In this document: in pieces, positions 57,352 to 64,000 of the stretch
Numbering within the stretch: the stretch's first letter is position 1
How the letters are laid out: every line of letters starts with the position of its first letter
DNA from: a bacterium
Lineage (GTDB): Bacteria; Zhuqueibacterota; Zhuqueibacteria; Residuimicrobiales; Krinioviventaceae
Direction of reading: 5' to 3'
Assembly (NCBI GenBank): GCA_963674595.2
Contig: CAXXFV010000023.1
Span: 768,001-832,000 of the forward strand
DNA length: 64,000 nucleotides
Translations under genes and position numbers: made by a program
The notes under the pieces: generated by a model
Told to the model about the DNA's origin: nothing
Database searches by the model: none
The model's input: only the letters and a program-made list of their open reading frames with translations

Positions 57352-58594
57352 CCATTGGATCAGAGGCGTGAAGACAATTCCAGCTTAAACTAACATTATC
57401 GGGAGGAGAAGCAAAAAAATTCGGCAGATCGCCGGAAAAAGCGTTGGAGGAGAGGTGTAACCTCCAAAGATTGTTCAAGTTGCCCAGCCCTGGAGGAATC
57501 TCTCCGGTTAACTCATTTTGACTGAGTTGAATATCTTGAAGATTGCTCAAAGTGCCCAGTTCAGGAGGTATCTCACCATATAAACTATTTCTAGCTAGGT
57601 ATAACCGTTCAAGATTACTCAAGTTACACAGCGCATCCGGAATCTCACCAGTTAGATTATTATCGTATAGGCTTAACGTTGTAAGACTGGCCAGGTTGCC
57701 CAGTTCAGCCGGTATCTCACCAGTCAAGCCATTAGTACTAAGCCCTAGCGATAAAAGATTTGTCAGGCTGCCCAGCCCTGGAGGAATCCCGCCGGTTAAC
57801 TCATTTTCACTGAGTTGAATATCTTGAAGATTGCTCAAGGTGCCCAGTTCAGGAGGTATCTCACCACTTAAACTATTACTAGTTAGGTATAACCTCTTAA
57901 GGTTGATCAAGTTACCCAGCGCATCCGGAATCTCGCCAGTTAGATTATTGTCGTATAGGCTTAACGTTGTAAGACTGGTCAGGTTGCCCAGCTCAACCGG
58001 AATCTCACCACTTAAACTATTGCTGAAGATGTATAATCCATCAAGATCGGTCAGATTGCCCAGTTCTGGGGGAATCCCTCCAGTTAAATTATTTTCACCG
58101 AGTTCCAACGCTGTAAGGCTGGTCAGGTTGCCCAGTTCAGGAGGTATCTCACCAGATAAACTATTTCCGGTGAGGTGTAATCCCTCAAGACTGGTCAGGT
58201 TGCCCAGCGCAACCGGAATCTCACCACTTAAACTATTAAAAGAAAGGCCTAACCTTTCAAGACTGGTCAGGTTTCCCAACTCAACTGGAACTGTTCCAGC
58301 CAGTCCATTTTGGGAAAGCCAGATTCTCACTACATGTCCACTCTCAACCGTAATTCCATACCAGTCATCGACTGGTTCAGCGGAAAGCCAGTTGGTGTTG
58401 TCTGTCCACCCGGAGCCCCCCGTACCATTGTACAGCGCATACAGGGCCTGGCATTCCGCATCCGGAATTCCGGTGCAGGTCTGGGCTGCAGCCGGAGATG
58501 CTAAGGCAAAAATGGGTAAAACAAACAGTAATACCCGATACATAATTGATCTGTGGAGAAAAATTGGAGAAATTTTACATGGTTCACAGCACAT
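55634..58594 (-). CDS. Exported LRR protein 2, paralog with the same architecture and a diverged LRR cassette
   Basis: Same cap, 13 LRRs, FN3 and C-terminal modules; RBS aaggaaggt before ATG 58594. Confidence 0.92.
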   Translation of the reverse strand: MCCEPCKISPIFLHRSIMYRVLLFVLPIFALASPAAAQTCTGIPDAECQALYALYNGTGGSGWTDNTNWLSAEPVDDWYGITVESGHVVRIWLSQNGLAGTVPVELGNLTSLERLGLSFNSLSGEIPVALGNLTSLEGLHLTGNSLSGEIPPELGNLTSLTALELGENNLTGGIPPELGNLTDLDGLYIFSNSLSGEIPVELGNLTSLTTLSLYDNNLTGEIPDALGNLINLKRLYLTSNSLSGEIPPELGTLSNLQDIQLSENELTGGIPPGLGSLTNLLSLGLSTNGLTGEIPAELGNLASLTTLSLYDNNLTGEIPDALCNLSNLERLYLARNSLYGEIPPELGTLSNLQDIQLSQNELTGEIPPGLGNLNNLWRLHLSSNAFSGDLPNFFASPPDNVSLSWNCLHASDPMVLAAMETKHSGHFLDTQTIEPENVTAEVTEISGTEENRVRVSWDPISYTSNEGGYKVYYRQAGDPDFYYYGMAADKDSSELTVANLEPGVEYEFRVNAVTWAHSLNQNNLESQGSETAAAVAGTLSRAFIPNWKQAPGYFTGVVVSNFGDSAFNLDLAAYDPNGVMEPQGQNHQVVNAGRQMSKLGWEFFHGDPYHTDFSWIELGAENSNKMGSIFLYGVSDTQMLDGAESQSHYAKRLFFTRPLDEGFFAGWQPEIQMCIVNPTDEEVTIQCTLKGSNGYSIRSHTIPPMGFIAGDYGDLIYPNQGIINAYMDIEVTEGPGVVGFSRIEFPGVRTALGMNAVERTPATKLYSAQLAHGSNIVTNLRLVNTELSSRIVTLTAIGDNGNPLADPVQVNIPMRSIYRADIGTLFGLEGEGVIHTGSLVVETEMGGIIGDIIFADGDTMEYAMSLPLQDRLFQEAVFNHISNLDTVFTGFAFYNPGDETATVLIEAFGVDEGKVAEKTLVLDPGERIARTLTDPDVWPAFPTQSGGFIRIQSDQPIAGQQLFGDRSLRYMAAIPPTTRLEGMFIN

Positions 58595-58815
58595 GATTAA
58601 GCACCTTCCTTTATTTAAATATAAATAACCCGAACCGGAATTCACCCGGATGAGTCAATACTATTCAATAAAAAAGCCTTATATCCTGTTGAAAATGCCG
58701 TGTGTCTCATCCGGCTGGAGCATGCCTGATCAGCAGCTTGATAAGAGATGTAGTTCCGGTTCAGCTGAAGCCCCAAAAGTGTGTCTGTACCCAACCTCTA
58801 ATCTATGAAGAAATT

Positions 58816-59637
58816 TTACGCCTTGCGCATGGAAATTGTAAATGATGAATTAATGCCTTCCATGCGGATTCCGAACTCCGGAAATGACTCCTGGTGAATG
58901 GTTATTTCCTGAAATCCCGCTTGGCGAATATGGTCAAGAAGGGATCTTTTTGAAAAAAGACGCATTTCCAGGGTGGACCCCTTCCCTCCATGAAAGATAA
59001 GATCTTTAAAAACCTGCTCCTGCCCTTCGCGTGTCCTGTTCACCAAGATCCTCTTCTCACCCTTGCCTTCAATCCTGCAACTGTGGAGGTCAGGAAAATG
59101 TTCAATGGTCAGTCCCTCATTTTTATAAGGAACGGTTAATACGCAAAGGCCATTCGGTTTCAGCAATTTAAACAGGTTCTCAAAGGCTGTTTCAACCGGA
59201 GGGGGAACATGTTCAAGGACTTCGCTCGTTATCACAAAATCTGCGGTTCCCTGCAGATCATCGCTTATATCGGTAATGTCCAGCCTGGGGCGCTTGTGGT
59301 AAAAAGTGTTGGTGTAGGAGAATTTTTTTCCCAGAGGCCGGGCATAAACGGGGGAATCACTTATTCCGATTCCCACCAAGCCCCTGGATCCAGGCATGTC
59401 CGTGATCGGGACTATTTCGCCAAACAGCTCTTTAGATAAAACCGCGATTATGGACCTGAACCTGAGGTTGGAGCCGCAAAAATAACAGGAAGGAGCTTCC
59501 CTGTCAGTGATTGCGGAAACAGGGGAAACAGGGAATTTACCGCAGATATTGCAGCGGAACCCATAAAGATCTTTATCCGAATAACGCCTCGCCAGTAAAA
59601 ACTCAAGATGCATTCTTCGGTATTGAATCTTAATCAT
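58816..59637 (-). CDS. Class I SAM-dependent methyltransferase-like protein with an N-terminal CxxC...CxxC motif
   Basis: CNICG...CYFCGS; LDIT; ITSEVLEHV; LLKPNGLCVLTVP. Confidence 0.8.
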   Translation of the reverse strand: MIKIQYRRMHLEFLLARRYSDKDLYGFRCNICGKFPVSPVSAITDREAPSCYFCGSNLRFRSIIAVLSKELFGEIVPITDMPGSRGLVGIGISDSPVYARPLGKKFSYTNTFYHKRPRLDITDISDDLQGTADFVITSEVLEHVPPPVETAFENLFKLLKPNGLCVLTVPYKNEGLTIEHFPDLHSCRIEGKGEKRILVNRTREGQEQVFKDLIFHGGKGSTLEMRLFSKRSLLDHIRQAGFQEITIHQESFPEFGIRMEGINSSFTISMRKA

Positions 59638-59692
59638 AGGTGATTACTGCCAGTTTCCCTCGATTGAGAGGAAATAATAATCGTTTTATTTT

Positions 59693-59989
59693 TTACCTGT
59701 GCCGCGACTCCAGTTCCCTTACCACCTCCTGCAGGGTTAGATCCTGCTCAACCAGCAGTACCAGCAGGTGATAAACAAGGTCCGCGGATTCCGATACAGT
59801 GCGTTCTCTGGATTCCAGGGTGGAGACCATGACCTCCACCGCTTCCTCCCCTACCTTGCGGATAATTTCCGGAAGCCCTTTCTCAAACAGGGAATTAGTG
59901 TAGGACCCCTTTGCCGGATGTTCCTTTCTGTCCCTGATAAGTGCTTCCAGGCTGTTTAAAAAATCCAGGTTGTTGCTTCTCTTTTCCAT
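59693..59989 (-). CDS. hisE: Phosphoribosyl-ATP pyrophosphatase (stand-alone)
   Basis: SYTNSLF, KVGEEAVE, ESADLVYH. Confidence 0.95.
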   Translation of the reverse strand: MEKRSNNLDFLNSLEALIRDRKEHPAKGSYTNSLFEKGLPEIIRKVGEEAVEVMVSTLESRERTVSESADLVYHLLVLLVEQDLTLQEVVRELESRHR

Positions 59990-60039
59990 AGTATCCAGTC
60001 TACAGCCGCTCTCATGCCGCTGGTTTTATCAATTTCCCC

Positions 60040-60795
60040 CTACATACGCATGGTCACACCATGCTCCTGCAGGTATTCCTTTACCGACCTGATCGTGTAT
60101 TCCTGGTAATGAAAAATACTGGCAGCCAGGACTGCGTCGGCGTTCCCTTCGGTAAAACCCTTCAGCAGATGCTCCGGAGATCCGGCACCTCCTGATGCAA
60201 TCACCGGAATCCTGACCAGTTCTGAAATCCTGTTTAATAATTCCAGGTCATATCCGTCCTTGGTCCCGTCACAATCCATGGATGTCAGCAGGATTTCCCC
60301 GGCGCCCAGCCTTTCAGCTTCACAGATCCAGGCAATGGCATCCTTCCCGGTCGGCCATCTCCCGCCGCCGACATACACTTCCCAGCTCTCTCCGACCCTC
60401 TTGGCGTCAACTGCCACAACAATGCACTGGGAACCGAAGGCCCTGGAGCATTCCCTGATGAGTTGAGGATTCTTCACCGCGGAACTGTTGATTGAAACCT
60501 TGTCAGCCCCGGCCCTTAACAGTTCCTGGACCTGTCCTAGGCTGCTGATGCCCCCGCCAACCGTAAATGGTATAAAAATGGTGTCCGCTACTCTGCGGAC
60601 CCATTCCAGCATGGTCTGCCGCTTTTCCACGGTTGCCGTTATGTCCAGGAAAACCAGCTCATCGGCACCTTCCCGGTAGTAGCGCCCTCCCAGCTCGGCC
60701 GGGTCTCCGGCATCCCGGAGGTCTACAAAATTGATGCCCTTGACTACCCGCCCGTCAGCCACATCCAGGCAGGGAATGATCCGCTTAGCCAGCAT
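60040..60795 (-). CDS. hisF: Imidazole glycerol phosphate synthase cyclase subunit
   Basis: [30 protein letters not shown]. Confidence 0.98.
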   Translation of the reverse strand: MLAKRIIPCLDVADGRVVKGINFVDLRDAGDPAELGGRYYREGADELVFLDITATVEKRQTMLEWVRRVADTIFIPFTVGGGISSLGQVQELLRAGADKVSINSSAVKNPQLIRECSRAFGSQCIVVAVDAKRVGESWEVYVGGGRWPTGKDAIAWICEAERLGAGEILLTSMDCDGTKDGYDLELLNRISELVRIPVIASGGAGSPEHLLKGFTEGNADAVLAASIFHYQEYTIRSVKEYLQEHGVTMRM

Positions 60796-61504
60796 TCAGG
60801 AAATCCTCCATTGTGAAATTACCTTCATAAAGAGCCCGGCCCACTACCGCTCCGCTTACACCGTTTTCAGACAGAACCTGTACGTGCTCCGGAGAGCATA
60901 CGCCGCCGGCTGCAATAAGAAAAGCATCGTCAGGAAGAAGAGATAAAAGCAGTTCCATGGTTTTCAGATTAGGCTGCTCCATGGTCCCGTCTTTTTCAAT
61001 GTCAGTGCAGATAACCTGGCGGATACCCCAGCCGCTTATCCGCCTGACAATTGACTCCAGCGGCTCTTCACTCTGCTCCATCCAGCCGGAGGTCCGCATT
61101 TTCCCGTCCTTTACATCCAGGCTGACAATAAAACGATCCGCCCCGAAAGCCTTGATCCAGTCTTCTACCCTGTCTGGAGTATCCGCGACCGCGGTACTGA
61201 TAATCAGGTACTCAACCCCGCCTTCAATTAACTGATCCACGTCTTCACGGCTGCGGATACCGCCTCCAACCTGCATGGGGAGACGGCAAGCCTTCCGGAT
61301 ACCTGACACGGTTTTCCGCTGCCTTCCCTTTCCGTCCCTGGCTCCTTCCAGGTCAATCACATGGATTCTTTCAAATCCAGCGTCCTGGTATTTCCGGGCC
61401 TGCTCAACCGGGTCTATCTCATACCTGGTCTCAGCCCCGTAGTCGCCCTTGAGCAGCCTTACACATGCTCCTCCAATTACATCTATCGCCGGAATTACTA
61501 ACAT
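60785..61504 (-). CDS. hisA: ProFAR isomerase
   Basis: [34 protein letters not shown]. Confidence 0.97.
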   Translation of the reverse strand: MLVIPAIDVIGGACVRLLKGDYGAETRYEIDPVEQARKYQDAGFERIHVIDLEGARDGKGRQRKTVSGIRKACRLPMQVGGGIRSREDVDQLIEGGVEYLIISTAVADTPDRVEDWIKAFGADRFIVSLDVKDGKMRTSGWMEQSEEPLESIVRRISGWGIRQVICTDIEKDGTMEQPNLKTMELLLSLLPDDAFLIAAGGVCSPEHVQVLSENGVSGAVVGRALYEGNFTMEDFLNAG

Positions 61505-61518
61505 AAATCAGGTTACCT

Positions 61519-62124
61519 TTATAAATTCACAAAATTGTTAAGAAGTTTCAGCCCTGTTTCACCGGAGCGTTCCGGGTGAAACTGCAAGCCGAAATAATTA
61601 CCCTTCCTGACCGCGGAGGAAAAAACCCCGTTATACTCGGTAGACGCAAGTGTTACACCATTTGAAACCGGGGCAAAATAGCTGTGTACAAAATAATAAA
61701 AACCGTTGTCCGGAATGTCCTTAAGCAAGTTATCCTTTAAGCCGGAACAGGCCGCCTGGTCCCATTCAACCTGGTTCCACCCCATGTGCGGCACCTTCAC
61801 GTCTCTGCGGTCAAAAAGCTTTACAGTTCCGGGTAAAACTCCCAGGCATTCCACGTTGTCTTCTTCTGACGTTTCAAAAAGAAGCTGCAGTCCCAGGCAA
61901 ATACCGAGAAAGGGAACCCTCAAGTCCCTTATAACCTGGCACAGCCCTTTTTCCTCTAATGAATCCATGGCAGCCCTGGCCGATCCGACACCCGGAAGGA
62001 TTACCTTATCCGCGGTACAGATTATCTCGGGGTCAGAGGTAAAAACATGATTCACCCCCAGGTGTTTCAGGGCCAGGCCCACGTTATACAAATTACCGGC
62101 TTTGTAATCAATTACTGCTATCAT
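61519..62124 (-). CDS. hisH: Imidazole glycerol phosphate synthase glutaminase subunit
   Basis: LPGVG, GICLGLQ, PHMGWN, YFVHSY, QFHPE. Confidence 0.98.
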   Translation of the reverse strand: MIAVIDYKAGNLYNVGLALKHLGVNHVFTSDPEIICTADKVILPGVGSARAAMDSLEEKGLCQVIRDLRVPFLGICLGLQLLFETSEEDNVECLGVLPGTVKLFDRRDVKVPHMGWNQVEWDQAACSGLKDNLLKDIPDNGFYYFVHSYFAPVSNGVTLASTEYNGVFSSAVRKGNYFGLQFHPERSGETGLKLLNNFVNL

Positions 62125-62133
62125 AATTCCCTT

Positions 62134-62751
62134 CTACAGGAGTCCTTTGGTTGAAGGGATCCTTCCAGGATCGGCACTACCGCTTCGGTTGATGCTCACC
62201 GCAAGCCGCAGGGCCCGCCCGAAAGCCTTGAACATTGCCTCCACCTTGTGGTGTTCATTTTCACCCTGGTTCATGAATTTGAAGTGCAGTGTCAAACGCG
62301 CTTCACAGGCCAGTGAGTAAAAAAAGTGGTTGACCATATCGGTTGGCATCTCGCCCAGGCTGTCGCGGACAGGTTTGTAATCCGAGACATAATAAATCCT
62401 TCCGCTCAAATCCAGGGCCGCAATCGCCATGGTTTCATCCATCGGCAGCAGGAAATATCCATACCTCTCTATTCCCCTCTTGTCCCCCAGCGCTTCCGCG
62501 AGAGCCTGTCCCAGCGCAATTCCCACATCCTCTATGGTGTGGTGGGCATCTACGTTCAGGTCTCCTTCAGCTTTAACCCGCAAGTCAATCCCTGAATGCC
62601 AGGCCAGCAGGTTAAGCATATGGTCCAGGAATCCCACTCCGGTGCTGATATCAGATTCCCCGCTTCCGTCCAGGTTGATTTCCAGGGAAATCCTGGTTTC
62701 ACCGGTCTCCCTGGTTATCTTGGCGGTTCTTTTAGCGTTATCTTTACTCAT
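62134..62751 (-). CDS. hisB: Imidazoleglycerol-phosphate dehydratase
   Basis: RETGET, DHML, HHTIED, PMDE, HHKVEA, PSTKG. Confidence 0.98.
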   Translation of the reverse strand: MSKDNAKRTAKITRETGETRISLEINLDGSGESDISTGVGFLDHMLNLLAWHSGIDLRVKAEGDLNVDAHHTIEDVGIALGQALAEALGDKRGIERYGYFLLPMDETMAIAALDLSGRIYYVSDYKPVRDSLGEMPTDMVNHFFYSLACEARLTLHFKFMNQGENEHHKVEAMFKAFGRALRLAVSINRSGSADPGRIPSTKGLL

Positions 62752-63802
62752 TGAGACTTCTCCTTACCTCTTTTAAAAACAGGTCATTTTCTTCCGGAGT
62801 GCCAATAGATACCCGCAAACAGTTGTGCAGGCCATACTGGGTGCCGCGGTCACGGATGACAATTCTTTTCTTAAAAAGCTTTTCATACAGGGATAGGGCT
62901 TCCGCGTAGCGGAACAGGACAAAATTCGCCTGGGAATCAGACACGATCTCAATCCCGTCCATAACCGCGAGCTCTGATTCTATCCGTCTCCGTTCACTGA
63001 TAATCAGATCTATTTCCTCAACCGCTTCCTGGATTTTTTCCAGCTCCATGATGCCTGTTTCCTGGGTCATGGCGTTCAGGTTGTACGGAAGCTTGACTTT
63101 CATAAACAGCTGGATCAAAACAGGATCGGCCAGGACATACCCCAGCCTGATTCCAGCGGAGCCAAATGCCTTGGACATGGTCCGGGTGACAACCAGGTTT
63201 GGATATTTTTTTATGAGGGACGAAATTGAGGGTTTACCGGAAAACTCCACATAGGCCTCGTCAACCAGGACAATGCCCTTCCACTGCTCCAGGACCCCGG
63301 TGATCTCGGCGGCATCCATAAGGTTTCCCGTTGGATTATTAGGAGAGCAGAGAAATAACACTTTTATATCTTCCCCTGCTTTATCCAGGAAATATTCTGA
63401 TTTAAATGCAAATTCCCGGTCCAGCTGGAACCTCTTTACCGGAATCCCGAAAATTTCAGCCAGGACCTCGTACATTCCATAAGTGGGTTCAAATATGGCT
63501 ATGGAGTCCCTGCCTGGAGTACAGAAAACCTTGAAGATCCAGTCGAAAACCTCGTCAGAACCGCTTCCCGCTAATATGGAAGAAGCAGGAATCGCCGTGA
63601 AACGGCTCAGGGCATTTCGCAGTTTATCCTGGTGAGGATCGGGGTACCGGTTGACCAGGGCTCCACCCTGCCAGCGGGGAAATGGATTCTCATTGGCATC
63701 CAGGAGGATTCCCTCCTTAACCGTGTCCCTGGCACATGTATAACCCTTCAGTTTCAGGATTTCGGGACGCACCAGCTTTAAAACTTCATCAATGGTGAGC
63801 AT
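62744..63802 (-). CDS. hisC: Histidinol-phosphate aminotransferase
   Basis: LDANENP, NRYPDP, CSPNNPTG, DEAY, RTMSKAFG. Confidence 0.97.
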   Translation of the reverse strand: MLTIDEVLKLVRPEILKLKGYTCARDTVKEGILLDANENPFPRWQGGALVNRYPDPHQDKLRNALSRFTAIPASSILAGSGSDEVFDWIFKVFCTPGRDSIAIFEPTYGMYEVLAEIFGIPVKRFQLDREFAFKSEYFLDKAGEDIKVLFLCSPNNPTGNLMDAAEITGVLEQWKGIVLVDEAYVEFSGKPSISSLIKKYPNLVVTRTMSKAFGSAGIRLGYVLADPVLIQLFMKVKLPYNLNAMTQETGIMELEKIQEAVEEIDLIISERRRIESELAVMDGIEIVSDSQANFVLFRYAEALSLYEKLFKKRIVIRDRGTQYGLHNCLRVSIGTPEENDLFLKEVRRSLNE

Positions 63803-63999
63803 TACTCTTTTCCCTTCCTGATCAGGTTTAACCTGGTTGTTACCGCGTTCGCATGGCCTTCCAGATCTTCCTCCCTGGCCAGGAGCCTGAGGGGGTCCGA
63901 AATATCTGACAGACCCTGTTCTGAAATCTCCTGGAAAGTCAGCTTCTTGACATAACTATCCAGGGAAACCCCGGAAAAGGCACGGGCTGCCCCTGATGT
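63802..63999 (-). CDS. hisD: Histidinol dehydrogenase, C-terminal end (truncated by window end; absent from the ORF track)
   Basis: Manual translation TSGAARAFSGVSLDSYVKK...LAREEDLEGHANAV...*; its TAA overlaps the hisC ATG. Confidence 0.93.
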   Translation of the reverse strand, partial: TSGAARAFSGVSLDSYVKKLTFQEISEQGLSDISDPLRLLAREEDLEGHANAVTTRLNLIRKGKE

Positions 64000-64000
64000 T

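Noticed and set aside
54255-58327. 72-bp periodic DNA as a possible CRISPR array
   Set aside because: The periodicity is the 24-aa LRR coding unit inside intact ORFs; there are no identical repeats with unique spacers and no cas genes.
52540-58594. Diversity-generating retroelement as the cause of LRR variation
   Set aside because: No reverse transcriptase in the window, and the differences do not look like adenine-only changes in a short TR/VR pair.
54374-58628. Long plus-strand ORFs 54374-55072 and 57831-58628 with periodic sequence
   Set aside because: Antisense shadows of the minus-strand LRR repeats; no independent protein features.
1-64000. tRNA/rRNA genes, prophage, integrase or transposase genes
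   Set aside because: No cloverleaf or rRNA-like segments and no such ORFs were recognised by eye; a covariance search was not possible.

Overview
A 64-kb bacterial chromosomal segment of roughly 50% GC by eye, most likely from Acidobacteriota. That assignment is inferred from an Oar-like TonB receptor, Tat-exported Gfo/Idh/MocA oxidoreductases, sulfatases and the style of the surface-protein modules. Housekeeping content includes wzm/wzt, coaD, rsmD, recG, ribA, pfk, tpx, a fluoride riboswitch with crcB-DUF190, and hisD(partial)-C-B-H-A-F-E, plus many sugar and sulfate catabolic genes. I see no rRNA, tRNA, CRISPR array or transposase. Main observations: (1) a YidD-family gene with an in-frame UGA exactly at the conserved Cys of CRFxPTCS, followed by a SECIS-like hairpin, which makes it a candidate selenoprotein missed by the ORF track; (2) two tandem LRR-FN3 surface-protein genes colinear at a constant 3097-bp offset, with identical or near-identical flanks around a same-length but highly diverged 13-repeat LRR cassette (constant/variable receptor architecture); (3) an ECF sigma / zinc anti-sigma / exported TPR-CHAT protease cassette lying between rsmD and coaD; (4) several families of 6-9-nt tandem arrays, with the heptamer families consistently oriented just downstream of stop codons; (5) REP-like palindromes, an IS481-type MITE and an unexplained ~160-nt structured intergenic element. 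All calls come from reading the sequence; no searches were run.
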